In this document: positions 1 to 10,038 of the stretch, in pieces
How the letters are laid out: each line of letters starts with the position of its first letter
Numbering within the stretch: position 1 is the stretch's first letter
NCBI GenBank assembly: GCA_963806265.1
Contig: CAWDXT010000015.1
Location: 193,975 to 257,974 of the forward strand
DNA from: an uncultured Chloroflexia bacterium
Lineage (GTDB): Bacteria > Chloroflexota > Limnocylindria > Limnocylindrales > CSP1-4
DNA: 64,000 nt
Direction: 5' to 3'
Position numbers and translations under genes: made by a program
Notes under the pieces: model-generated
Database searches by the model: none
Seen by the model: only the letters and a program-made list of their open reading frames with translations
Told to the model about the DNA's origin: nothing

Positions 1-1583
1 ACCAGGGCCCGGGTCGAGGCGACCATCGATGCCATCGAGGAGCGGACGGGCGCCGAGATCGTCGTCTACACGCAGCTCGTCCCGCCCTCGACCGACAGCG
101 CCGAGGCGGAGAGGCAGGCCCGGGCGCTGATGGACCAGTGGGGCGTTGGGCGGCGCGGCATCGACGATGGGCTGGTGATCCTGTTCGACCTCGACCAGAG
201 CGACACCTGCCACGGCCAGGTGCAGCTCTATGCCGGCCCCGGCTACCGGGCGACGTACCTGTCCAACAGCGAGCGCCAGGCGATCTACGAGAACGACATG
301 CTGCCGCTGCTGCGCAGCTGCGACCTCGACGGCGCCCTGCTGGCCGCGATGGACAAGATCGATGCGGCCGCCACGCCCGCCCACGCCGCGACGCTCGAGG
401 CCGCTCGCGTGGGCAATGCGATCCTGGGGCTGATGGTCGCTCCGCTGCTGGCGGTGCTGATCATCGGCTACACCGTCGTCTCGTGGCGGCGGTACGGAAA
501 GGACCCGGTCTACCTCGATGACGCGTCGATCCACATTCCGGCCCCGCCTGCCCAGCTGACACCGGCCGCGGGCGCCGTGATCCGCGACGGTCGCGCCACT
601 CGACGCGCGCTGACGACCGCCAGCCTCGATCTGGCGGCACGGGGTGAGATCGCGTTCGTGAGCGAGCCGACCGGGTTGTTCGGTCAGAGCACCGAGCTGA
701 GCATCACCACCAGCGAGGCCGAGCCCGCCGATCCGGTCGAGCAGGCCCAGCTCGACCGACGCCGGCAGCGACCCATGGACGAGGCGACCCGGTACCTCCA
801 GGACCGCCTCACCGCGCTCGGTGGCGCCGAGCGCCTGATCGATCACAGCGATCTGCTCAAGCTCGGGTCGGACGTCGGCGGCTTCGACCAGCGGATCGAG
901 CAGCATGTCACCGATCGCGGCTGGTTCACCGAGCGTCCGGGATCGGTCACCGGCCGTTGGGTGCTGCGCGGCGCGATCGTGGCGGCGCTGGGCGCCGTGG
1001 CGCTGTTCGGCGGCATCACGTTGCCGGCCGATGGGCTGGTGGTGGTCGGCGTCGCGCTGATCGCCTCGGGCGTGTTCGTCCTGATCCTGTCGCGCAGCAT
1101 GCCCGCCCGGACCATGCCCGGGGCGATGATCCAGGCGATGCTCGAGGCCTATCGGCGGACGCTGGTCAAGACGATGACCATGGCGCGGTCCATGGGCGAG
1201 GTGGTCGAGACGGCCGCGATCCCGTTGATCGAGCAGCCCGATGACGCGGTCGTGTGGGGCGTCGCGCTCGGTCTCCAGGGGGAGGTCGAGGAGGTCCTGC
1301 AGCGAACCGCCAAGGACCTCGAGACGGGAACGATCCGCGGCGGCTACCTCCCGCTGTGGTACTCGAGCGCCGGCAGCGGCGGCTGGGGGGCGGCAGCCAG
1401 GGGGGCTCCTGGGGCGCGGCACCTGGGCTCGCCAGCTCGTCGCCGATCCCGAACTTCGGCGGCATGATGGCCGCGCTGGGGACGATCGGCAACTCGCCCT
1501 CGTCTTCGGGCTCGGGTGGCGGCGGTGGCTTTGGCGGCGGTGGCTCCGGCGGCGGCGGCGGAGGCGCCGGCGGCGGCTTCTGA
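1..1583 (+). pseudogene. TPM-domain / DUF2207-like membrane protein; 5' end outside window; one frame change
   Basis: Frame 1 is open from nt 1 (EERTGAEIVVYTQLVP...QARALMDQWGVGRRGIDDGLVILFDL, a TPM phosphatase-like pattern). TM segments are present (LGLMVAPLLAVLIIGY; ALFGGITLPADGLVVVGVALIASGVFVLIL). The typical Gly-rich C-terminus GGGGGFGGGGSGGGGGGAGGGF lies in another frame (ORF 1254..1583). The switch is at the G6 run 1385-1390. Confidence 0.6.
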
Positions 1584-1698
1584 GCCGCGGCCTGATCGAA
1601 CGGGGCCGGTTCGCCCAGGGTGACTCGAGACGCAGCCGCGATGGCCGGCCCTGGCGAGGTGCCAGCGGGCCGCGAGGCGCGCACGCTACACTCGCCGC

Positions 1699-2034
1699 AT
1701 GGGAGCGACCGACACCATGGAAGTGTTCTTCGAGCTGCTGAACGGCGGCGACGTCAACGGCGCCGTGGCGCTCATGGACGAGCGCACCGAGATGCGCATC
1801 CACGTCGGGGACAACGCTCGGACGCTCCGCGGGGTGGAGCAGGTCGGCGGCTGGTTCCTGCGCGCCGACAAGGGGCTCAAGATGATCCCGGGCGACGTTC
1901 GCGACATGGGCAACACCTACCAGGCCGACCTGGTGGTGATCCGGCCCGGGGCACCCAGCCAGCACCTCGACGCCCAGTTCCGCGTCGAGGCGGGCAAGAT
2001 CACGTCGATCAACCTGACGCCCTACTCCCGGTAG
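1699..2034 (+). CDS. SnoaL/NTF2-like small protein
   Basis: 111-aa ORF with good coding look. MEVFFELLNGGDVNGAVALMDE...AGKITSINL resembles SnoaL-like polyketide-cyclase-fold proteins. No search was run. Confidence 0.5.
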   Translation: MGATDTMEVFFELLNGGDVNGAVALMDERTEMRIHVGDNARTLRGVEQVGGWFLRADKGLKMIPGDVRDMGNTYQADLVVIRPGAPSQHLDAQFRVEAGKITSINLTPYSR

Positions 2035-2124
2035 CGCCCTCACCGGACTCGCATCGAGCCCGATCTCCGCGTCCACGTCGTCGGCCCCCGCCGGCCGGCA
2101 TCGCCGGCTCACGGACTCCACCGC

Positions 2125-3453
2125 CTATGGCGCGGAGGTGACCTCCTCGCTGGCATCGGGCACGCTGCTCGCCTGGGGAACCGGGATGGTGATCTGGTCG
2201 CCGATACCGATCTTGTTGATGTTCTTGATCTGCGGGTTTGCAGCCTGCAGCTCCTCGACCGTGACGCCGAAGCGCTTGGCGATCTTGGAGAACGTGTCGC
2301 CCTTGACGACCACGTAGACCTGCGGCGTCGGCTCCAGCTGGACGGTCGGAGCCGGCGTCAGCGACGCCTCCGCCGAGGGCGCCAGCGTGGCCGCTCCACC
2401 ACCACCGTCGTCGGACCCGATCCCGAGCAGCATCGGCCCGACAAGGAACAGCGCAAGCGCCGCGACGAGGACGGCGAGCGCCGCCAGCCCAAGCCGCGGG
2501 ATCCCCCCCAACCGCGGCAGCCCGACCCTCGTCCGCAGCGTGGGATATGCCTCGTAGCGCCGCGAATGCTCCCAGGCCGGTCCGAACACCTCGGACGGGT
2601 CCTCGGCCTCGTACCGGCGAGGTGCCGGGCGGGCCTGCGCGGTCGACGGCCGCGAGCCGGAGCCGCTCGAAGCCGGGCGGCTCCCGCGTTCGGCGCCCGG
2701 TTGCTCGTAGCTCCCGTACGACCCGGCGTCAACCGCGGCGCCGTGCGCATCCTCCGGCTCGTACCCACCGTGGGGGGCATCGGCAGCGGCGCGGTCCATG
2801 CGATCCGGTGGTCGCGCGCCAGCGTAGGCGCCGTACGCATCGCCAGGGGACGCGTCCACGGGTCGTGCCGGCAGCGGCTCGTCAGGATCGGGTCCGGCGA
2901 GCCGGTAGGCCGCGCTGCCGGCCAATCCGGCGGCCGCGCCGGCCGCGGGATCACGGTCCGACCCGGAACCCTCGGAAGCCGCCGAGTCGCCGGCCTCTTC
3001 GCCGGCCCATGGCGGCGGTGCCGCCCAGTCACGTGACGGGTTGCGACGAGGCGGCATCGGCGGGTCGGACTCGTATCCCGGTCGGTCGTCGGCGTCGATC
3101 GCTCCGTATGCCGGCGGCTGGCTCGGCGGCACCACTGGCTCGGGGCCCTCTGCCGCTGTCGAGGCTCCGGCCCCGGGTCGCGTGGCCGCAGCCTCGCGTC
3201 GTGCCCAGTCCTGGAACGTGGGGCACACGGGAAACGCCGACGACAGGCAGTAGGCCTCCTGGTGGGCAAGCGCCCGAGGAGCGGGGCGTGCCTCCGCGAA
3301 GCAGCGGTGTCGATGGTCGGGAGCCTGGCTTCGGCCATCACGGTCGTCATCGAACGCGACGAACGGACAGGCAGGAGCGCCGTCGACGATCGGTAGCCCA
3401 CGGTCGGTCATCGCAGGGATGATACCCGGCACGGTCGACGGGCTCGCAGGCAC
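2125..3453 (-). CDS. LysM domain membrane protein with Cys/His-rich N-terminal module
   Basis: The C-terminal YVVVKGDTFSKIAKRFGVTVEELQAANPQIKNINKIGIGDQITIP is a canonical LysM. There is a TM helix (LGLAALAVLVAALALFLVGPMLLG) and a long Pro/Ala/Gly linker. The N-terminus reads CPFVAF...HRHRCF...YCLSSAFPVCPTF. The start is uncertain (GTG 3453 or ATG 3411). Confidence 0.75.
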   Translation of the reverse strand: MPASPSTVPGIIPAMTDRGLPIVDGAPACPFVAFDDDRDGRSQAPDHRHRCFAEARPAPRALAHQEAYCLSSAFPVCPTFQDWARREAAATRPGAGASTAAEGPEPVVPPSQPPAYGAIDADDRPGYESDPPMPPRRNPSRDWAAPPPWAGEEAGDSAASEGSGSDRDPAAGAAAGLAGSAAYRLAGPDPDEPLPARPVDASPGDAYGAYAGARPPDRMDRAAADAPHGGYEPEDAHGAAVDAGSYGSYEQPGAERGSRPASSGSGSRPSTAQARPAPRRYEAEDPSEVFGPAWEHSRRYEAYPTLRTRVGLPRLGGIPRLGLAALAVLVAALALFLVGPMLLGIGSDDGGGGAATLAPSAEASLTPAPTVQLEPTPQVYVVVKGDTFSKIAKRFGVTVEELQAANPQIKNINKIGIGDQITIPVPQASSVPDASEEVTSAP

Positions 3454-3463
3454 CCGAGCAGCG

Positions 3464-4030
3464 TCAGCTCGAGCGGCGCGTGACTCGGTACGGCGGCACC
3501 ACGGCGCCGCGGAGCGCGAGGTTGGCGTTGGCGTAGCGAGGATCGGTGCTCACGTCCTGTGCCTCTCCCAGCCAGTCGGGAAGCTCAACGGCTTCGGCCT
3601 CGGATCCGAGCTCGACCTCCACCAGCACCAGGCCGGCTGGCTCGTCGAAGACGTCGATCTCGAGCTTCTGGGCGCCGTGCGCGACCACGTGTCGGGTCTT
3701 GCGAATCCGGCTGCGCGTGGGATCGGCCTCGGCCGCCAGCCGCTGGTACTCGGCCGCGTCGATCTCCGACTCCACCTCCTCGCGGACGAGGTCGCGCAGG
3801 TGGCGCTTTCGGGTAAGCCGGTGTGAGACCGAACCGTCGGGACCCTCGATCCGGCGGATCCGTCGGCCCGCCGGGGGCTCGGAGAGGTAGAGCTGCTCGA
3901 GTCGAAACGATCGGGCGGCGTGCGTCGCCAGCGCATCGTCGCTCGGCGCACCGGCCAGCCGGTACTTGCGCTCGATCTCGAGCGGTCCCTCGTCCACCTG
4001 GCCCCCTGTCGCAACGACCTCGCCATGCAC
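3464..4030 (-). CDS. CYTH (triphosphate tunnel metalloenzyme, CyaB/ThTPase-like) domain protein
   Basis: N-terminal EIERKYRL (the CYTH ExExK signature), a size of about 188 aa, and LVLVEVELGSEAEA acidic strands. Confidence 0.75.
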   Translation of the reverse strand: MHGEVVATGGQVDEGPLEIERKYRLAGAPSDDALATHAARSFRLEQLYLSEPPAGRRIRRIEGPDGSVSHRLTRKRHLRDLVREEVESEIDAAEYQRLAAEADPTRSRIRKTRHVVAHGAQKLEIDVFDEPAGLVLVEVELGSEAEAVELPDWLGEAQDVSTDPRYANANLALRGAVVPPYRVTRRSS

Positions 4031-4225
4031 GGTTCGATGCTACGCGCTCCGCGACCGAACCGAGGAACGGGGAACGACGTCGCGCTGCTCGCGACCCGGC
4101 CGCGGCGGGAGCCCGGGGTGTTTGACAGGCTTAGCAGGCCACCGGACACTTCGAGTGACGGGGGTCAATCCTCGACCCCGGCCCGACCGCGCGGCCGTCC
4201 CGCCGCCACTCCTCCGGAGGTTCTG

Positions 4226-4657
4226 ATGTCGTTGCTTCATCGTCTGCTTGCCCCGACCACGGTTGCCCGCGCCCACTGCGACCTGCCGTGTGGCGTCTAC
4301 GATCCCGAGCAGGCACGGATCGAGGCCGAGTCCTGCTACAAGATCATCGAGAAGATGGGTGCCAACTCCGACCCGGCGTTCACGACGCGAGCGATCGCGA
4401 TCAAGGAGGAGCGGGCCGATCTCGTCAAGCATCACCTCGACGTGCTGTGGCACGACTACTTCAAGCCCGAGCACCTCGAGACCGTGCCCAACCTTCACGA
4501 CCTGTTCTGGAACGCGACCAAGCAGGTCTCGAAGGTCAAGGCATCGACCAACATCGACGACGCCAGGAAGCTGCTGGACATGATCGACGAGGTCGACGCC
4601 GCATGGAAGGCGACGGGCGGCGAGGGCAAGACCCGGGTCGCCGGCCGACCCAGCTGA
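4226..4657 (+). CDS. sodN: Nickel superoxide dismutase precursor
   Basis: MSLLHRLLAPTTVARA / HCDLPCGVYDPEQARIEAES: a cleavable leader followed by the Ni-hook HCDLPCGVY. GGAGG lies 6 nt upstream of ATG 4226. Confidence 0.95.
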   Translation: MSLLHRLLAPTTVARAHCDLPCGVYDPEQARIEAESCYKIIEKMGANSDPAFTTRAIAIKEERADLVKHHLDVLWHDYFKPEHLETVPNLHDLFWNATKQVSKVKASTNIDDARKLLDMIDEVDAAWKATGGEGKTRVAGRPS

Positions 4658-4681
4658 TCCCGGCCGACCTCGTGACACCCG

Positions 4682-4707
4682 GAGACCCCGTCACCCGACG
4701 GGGTCTC
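4682..4707 (+). terminator. GC-rich stem-loop between sodN and sodX (possible attenuator/terminator, no U-tract)
   Basis: Perfect 11-bp inverted repeat gagaccccgtc (4682-4692) / gacggggtctc (4697-4707) with loop accc, 25 nt after the sodN stop. Confidence 0.4.
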
Positions 4708-4712
4708 GTCGC

Positions 4713-5249
4713 GTGACATCCGCTCGAGGTGCCAACCCTCGGCGCATGGTGCCCGGTGAACGACGATCGGGCGGCGCCCTGGCACGCGTGCGTGGACCGT
4801 GGCGGGTGGCCGTGGCCGAGGGCTCGATGCTGCCCACGATCGAGCCCGGAGACTGGATCCTGGTCGATCCCACGACGAGGCGCTGGCCGCGACGCGGCAC
4901 CATCGTCGTGTTCCGCGAGCCCGGCAGCGAGCTGCTGGCCATCAAGCGCGTTGCAGGGCGTCCGGGCGACTGGGTCCCGTTCGCTGACGGCTGGCTGCAG
5001 CTCGCGGACGACGAGGCATGGTTGCTCAGCGACGCTGCGGTCGTGGATCCCGCAGCGAACGACGACCTCGACCATCCCGGCGACGGAGCGCCGATCAATT
5101 CCCGGCGCTACGGCCCGGTCTCCGTGACCGCGCTCGTCGGCCGGGCCTGGCTCCGCTACTGGCCGCCGCCGCGGGTCGGTCTCCTCGGCAAGGCACCGGC
5201 GCGCCCGGTGGCCGCAACCACCGTGCGCGAGGGCCAATTCGCGCCGTAG
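4713..5249 (+). CDS. sodX: NiSOD maturation protease (S26 signal-peptidase family)
   Basis: GSMLPTIEPGDWILVD and LLAIKRVAGRPGD are signal-peptidase-I boxes. The gene lies immediately downstream of sodN, as in known sodN-sodX pairs. The start codon is uncertain. Confidence 0.85.
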   Translation: MTSARGANPRRMVPGERRSGGALARVRGPWRVAVAEGSMLPTIEPGDWILVDPTTRRWPRRGTIVVFREPGSELLAIKRVAGRPGDWVPFADGWLQLADDEAWLLSDAAVVDPAANDDLDHPGDGAPINSRRYGPVSVTALVGRAWLRYWPPPRVGLLGKAPARPVAATTVREGQFAP

Positions 5250-5258
5250 GCTCTGGCG

Positions 5259-6538
5259 ATGGACGACCTTCGACGCTCGCTCGGCAGCTTCGATGCCGAC
5301 GCCCCGCTGCCGGCAGCGCCCGACCCCTGGGACTTCCAGCCGACCCCCAGGGCTCGCTCGGAACCGCCGTGGGCGATGGCCGAGATGATCGCGGCCGAGC
5401 CCGCGCTCGCGGTACGCGTCGGGCGCCGGGTGATGGCCGACGACACCGCGAGCGCCTCGGCGAGGCTCGTCCGTGAGACCGCCCAGGCCGGTGAGGAGGT
5501 CCTGGTCACGGGCTGCGGGACCTCGGAGCACGCCGCGATGGCCGTGGCCGCGATCCTGCGCGATGCGCGACGGCAGGTCCGGCTACCGGGCCCCGACCCC
5601 AGGTCCGTGCAGGCGTTCGAGCTCTCGCTCGACCCGCCGGCAGCCGGGCTCGTGATCGGGTGCAGCCACGAGGGTGGGACGGCGGCGACCAGCGCGGCGC
5701 TTGCGGCGGCCGGCGCCGGTGGAGCGCGTACCGTGCTGATCACCGCGAGCGCCGGCTCGCCCGCCGCGGCCGGGCGCGATCTCGTCGTGGCCACGCACGA
5801 GCTCGACCAGAGCTGGTGCCACACGGTCGGCTACGTGTCCCCCGTCACGGTGGCCGTCATGGTCGCCGGGGAGCTGGTCGGCGAGCGCCTGCAACCGGGC
5901 GCCGTCGGGCGTCGCCTCGCAGAGGGGATCGAGGCGGCGCATGGCGGAACGCCCGACGGTGATGGGCGTCCCGACGCGACGATCGCAGTCAGCCTCGCAG
6001 CCGCCCACCGGCTGCTGATCGTGGCATCTGGCGCCGACCGGATCACGGCCCGGGAGCTCGCGCTCAAGATCGAGGAGGCGTCCTGGCTGCCGGCCGCGAC
6101 CCGGGATCTCGAGACGTTCCTCCACGGCCATCTCCCGCCACCGGTCCCGAGCACGGGTCTCCTGCTCGTGCTGCTCGAGCGCGACGGCCTGGACGCCGCG
6201 CACGAAGCGAGCGCGCCAGGCCCTGCGCGCGGCCGCCGCGGTCGGGATGCGGCCGCGGCGGCCCTGCTCGGCAGCGAGGCGGCGAGTCGCATCCCCGCCG
6301 AGCTGACGCCGGCCGGGCGCGTCGTGGTGCCCGAGTCGACCGAGCTGGCCGGAGCGGCGGCGACGCTGCTGGGCGCGGCGACACCGCTGCAGCTGGTCAC
6401 GCTCGCCATCGCGCGCGGCCCGGGACACCAATCCGGATCCCGATCCGACGCGACGACCCCATCTACCTGCGGGCGGCCGACCTGGCGGACGACCCGAGGC
6501 TCCGCGCTCAGGGCCCCGCCGATCGGCGCGTCTCAGCT
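5259..6538 (+). CDS. SIS-domain sugar isomerase/aminotransferase-like protein (FrlB/GlmS C-terminal-domain-like); 3' end uncertain
   Basis: Two SIS-like blocks are present (VLVTGCGTSEHAAMAVAAIL; LLIVASGADRITARELALKIEEASW...LHGHL). After about 6420 the annotated frame turns into low-quality sequence. The expected ...RG.NPD.IRRDDPIYLRAAD tail is readable only in other frames, so a frameshift is probable. Confidence 0.6.
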
Positions 6539-7493
6539 GATCAGCACCTCGCCGGCCAGGTCGATCATGTCCAGGTCGCGGGCGATGAAGTCCTGGAGCA
6601 TCATCCGCTCGACGCCTGCCTCGGCGAAGCGCGCGACCATCGCCCGAGCCTCGTCCGGCGTGCCGTGGATCCAGCGCGCGCGGCGTGCCTCGAACCAGTC
6701 GGCCCCGCCGTCGGGCTCCCCGAACGCCTGCGAGCAGCGCGGACTCCCGTCGTCGGACCTCGTCCGCCGTCGCTCCCGATCAGGATCCCGACCATCGCAG
6801 AATGCGTGATCGTGCCGGGGTCGCGTCCGGCTGCCCGCAGCGTTTCGTCGAGCTCGGCGAGCTTGTGGGCGGCGACCTCGGGGCTGGACGACGACAGGTT
6901 GAACTCGTCGGCAAATCGTGCGGCAAGCCGGAACGAGCGGGGCGAGCCCTCGCCGCCGATGATGATCGGCGGCCGGCCCGTCTCGCGGCCCGGGATCGAG
7001 CCCGACTTGGGCCGCATGCGGGCGTCCTCGATCGCGTAGTGGCGACCCAGGAACGACCAGCCGTCCGGCTCGTCCCACAGGCCCTGGAGGATCTCCAGCT
7101 CCTCCTCCAGGTGGTCGGCTCGCTCCCTGATCTCGGGGAACGGGAACCCGTGGCGGCGGTGCTCCTCCTCGTGCCAGCCGGCGCCGAGGCCCACCTCGAC
7201 CCGGCCGCCGCTCATCTCGTCGACCGTCAGCACCACCTTGGCAAGGTTGCCCGGCGTGCGGAACAGGACCGGCGAGACGAGGACACCCAGGCCGAGCGTC
7301 GTCGTCTCGCGCGCGAGCCCGGCGAGCACGGCCCAGGCATCGGTCGTCGGCTGGTCGCTGTCGCCGGGGAAGCTCTCGTAGTGATCGGACCGGAACAGGG
7401 CCTCGAACCCGGCTGCCTCGGCTCGCCTGGCGACGGCCAGCTGCTCCTCGTAGGACAACCCCTGCTGGGGCTCGATCATGAGCGCGAACCGCA
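6533..7493 (-). pseudogene. LLM-class (luciferase-like, F420-type) oxidoreductase; frame disrupted near 6770-6800
   Basis: VRFALMIEPQQGLSYEEQLAVARRAEAAGFEALFRSDHY...GRVEVGLGAGWHEEEH. GTG 7493 is preceded by GGAGGAG. The C-terminal FGEPDGGADWFEARRARWIHGTPDEARAMVARFAEAGVERMMLQDF is in another frame. The span of 961 nt is not a multiple of 3. Confidence 0.75.
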
Positions 7494-7529
7494 CGATCCC
7501 TCTCCTCCGTGCCGCGCGAACCTTCCGAT

Positions 7530-7558
7530 TTGACGGAACTATTCGTGTGGTGTAAATA
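7530..7558 (+). promoter_or_regulatory. Sigma-70-like promoter for the MarR-MFS unit (TTGACG-17-TAAATA)
   Basis: TTGACG at 7530-7535, a 17-nt spacer, then TAAATA at 7553-7558, inside a locally AT-rich patch. ATG 7568 lies about 10 nt downstream, giving a short or absent leader. TTCGTGT direct repeats sit at about 7542 and about 7560. Confidence 0.4.
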
Positions 7559-7567
7559 CTTCGTGTT

Positions 7568-8258
7568 ATGCGAACCAACGTCCTGACGGGACCGATGACG
7601 CCAACGTCCGACCGTGCTCGAGGCGGCCGAATGCCGAGCCGCCGACGAGGACGCCGCGCAGGCGCCGAGGCGGCGATGGCGAACCTGGGCGAGCCGTCGG
7701 CTCGCTCCGCTGCGCGGGCTCGCAGCGGCTCGTTCGCCTCGGGCATCAGCATGACCCACTTCCACGTCCTCACGCTGCTTCGCCATCACGATGCGATGCC
7801 GATGGGCCGCATCGCCGAGATCCTCGACGCCTCGGTGTCGAGCGCGACCGGGATCATCGACCGGATGGAGGAGCGGGGGCTCGTCGAGCGGGTGCGGGTT
7901 CCCGACGACCGCCGGGTCGTGCTCGTCCGGCCCACCGCAGACCGGCAACGACCTGGTCGACGAGGCGGAGCTCGTGAAGAGCGAGATCCTCGCCTCCGCG
8001 TTCATGCGGATGGAGCCCGCGCAGCTCGATCGGCTCGCGCTCGCGGCCACCGACCTGGAGCGCGCCATCGGCGAGGAGCTGGCCAGCGACCCCGGACAGT
8101 ACGGCGCGCTGACCCAGATCGCCCAGGACCACCGACATCCGAGATCCGGTCCGGCGGCCCCGCAGCCGCCGGGCAAGCCGTCCCCGCGTCCCCCCTGCCC
8201 GGTCCCACCGGCGCCTGACGAAAGGAAGCCCAGCCCCATTGGAAGCCATGCCCTTTGA
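7568..8258 (+). pseudogene. MarR-family transcriptional regulator; frame change near 7930-7945
   Basis: MTHFHVLTLLRHHDAMPMGRIAEILDASVSSATGIIDRMEERGLVERVRVPDDRRVVLVRPT (a winged HTH) continues in the next frame as GNDLVDEAELVKSEILASAFMRMEPAQLDRLALAATDLERAI. Confidence 0.7.
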
Positions 8259-9980
8259 GAGCGGGCCGGAGACCCCGGATCTCGCTCATGACCCCGCGCT
8301 GGGTCTCGATCGACGCACGAAGTTCGAGATCCTGGGCGCCGTCCTGCTCGGGATGTTCCTGGGCGCGCTCGACCAGACGATCGTCGGGCCGGTGCTGCCC
8401 CACATCGTCGGCGACCTCCAGGGTGCCGACTACTACGCCTGGGTCGTCACCGCCTACCTGCTGACCAGCACGGTCAGCGTGCCCGATCTACGGCAAGCTG
8501 TCGGACCTGTACGGCCGTCGGCCGCTGCTGCTGCTCGGCATCGGCATCTTCCTCGTCGGCTCGGCACTGTCCGGCCTGAGCCAGACCATGTGGCAGCTGA
8601 TCCTGTTCCGCGGCATCCAGGGCCTGGGCGCCGGCGCCCTGTTCCCGATCTCGCTCGCCGTCATCGGCGACCTGTTCACGCCTGCCGAGCGCGGCAAGTA
8701 CCAGGGGCTGTTCGGCGCCGTGTTCGGCGTCGCGTTCCTGCTCGGGCCCGGCCTCGGCGGGTTCCTGACCGATACCTTCAGCTGGCACGCCATCTTCTAC
8801 GTCAACATCCCGATCGGGATCGTCGGCCCTGGTCGTCATCGCTCGCCTGCTGCCGACGGTCAAGACCGAGGGCGCCCGCAACACGATCGACTATCTCGGG
8901 GTCGGCCACGCTGGTCGTCGGCCTGGTGCCGATCCTGATCGCGCTGACGATCGCCGAGGACGGCAACTGGGGCAACCCGTGGATCTGGGCGCTGTTCGCC
9001 TCGGCGCCATCGGGCTGGTCGCGTTCGTGTTCGCCGAGTCGCGCGCGCAGAGGAGCCGATCGTCCCGCTCCACCTGTTCCGCGACCGCACCTTCAGCGCG
9101 TCGATGGTCGCGATCTTCCTGGCCACCTTCGGCTTCGGGGCGGCGATCATCTTCCTTCCCCTCTACTTCCAGGTGGTCCAGGGCGCCAGCGCCACCGAGT
9201 CCGGCTACATGCTGCTGCCGTTCCTGATCGGCCTGATCTTCGCCTCCATCGTGTCGGGCCAGATCGTCGCCCGGACCGGCCGCTATCGGACCCTGCTCGC
9301 TGGTGGCCATGGTGTTGCTGATCGTCGGGCTGGGACTCATGACCCAGCTGCGGTTCGACACGGCCGACACGCGCTGTGGCGTGGATGTTCATCGCCGGCC
9401 TGGGTGTCGGACCGACATTCGCCGTGTTCACGATCGTGGTCCAGAACGCGGTGCCGTTCCACGAGCTGGGCGCTGCCACCAGCGACCTGACGCTGTTCCG
9501 CCAGATCGGAACGACCGTCGGCATCACGATGGCGTTCACGCTGTTCCGCAACAACCTGACCTGGGACCTGCTGCGGACCGAGATCATCGGCGCCGGTGCT
9601 CCGGCCGCCGCTGGTCCCCCAGACGCCGCCGGCCGGCTTCGACCCGGCCGCGCTGACCAATCCCGCCGGTGCGCGGCAGCGTCCTGGACTTCCTGGCCCA
9701 GCTTCCCGCGCAGCTCCAGGCGATCTTCGTCGAGGGCTTCCACAGCGCGTTCACGCTGGCCATCGCGAACAGCATGTGGCTGGGCGTGGCGGCGACCGGC
9801 CTGGCCCTGGTGGCCACGCTCTTCCTGCGCGAGATCCCGCTGCGCCAGACGCTCGGGGCACACGAGGACGACATGGTCTCCGAGGCGGCGATCGCCGTCG
9901 AGGGGCCCAATCTGTCGGCGCCCATTCCGGTGACCGAGTCCGTCCACCGCACGCCGATGGCCCGGCACACGGGCGAGTAG
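8248..9980 (+). pseudogene. MFS drug-efflux transporter (EmrB/QacA 14-TMS type); at least 5 frame changes
   Basis: Conserved blocks are spread over all three frames: LGAVLLGMFLGALDQTIVGPVLPHIVGDL; MWQLILFRGIQGLGAGALFPISLAVIGDLFTPAERGKYQGLFGAVFGVAFLLGPGLGGFLTD; MVAIFLATFGFGAAIIFLPLYFQVVQGASATESGYMLLPFLIGLIFASIVSGQIVARTGRY; FIAGLGVGPTFAVFTIVVQNAVP; FVEGFHSAFTLAIANSMWLGVAATGLALV. Confidence 0.8.
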
Positions 9981-10038
9981 GCCCGCTCCTCCTCCCCGGC
10001 CCGGCCGCCCTCCGGGTGGCCGGGCCGGTTCATGTCCT

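Noticed and set aside
1166-1684. A Pro-rich minus-strand ORF (…PPAPPPPPPEPPPPKPPPPPEPEDE…).
   Set aside because: It is the antisense reading of the Gly-rich C-terminus of the TPM/DUF2207-like gene (GGC/GGT codons read as Pro), so it is not an independent gene.
4122-4151. TTGACA (4122-4127) upstream of sodN as a promoter -35 element, and a search for a Nur-box-like palindrome.
   Set aside because: No acceptable -10 hexamer sits at 16-18 nt spacing (gacact/acactt), and I could not see a tTGCaa-N5-ttGCAA-type Nur box.
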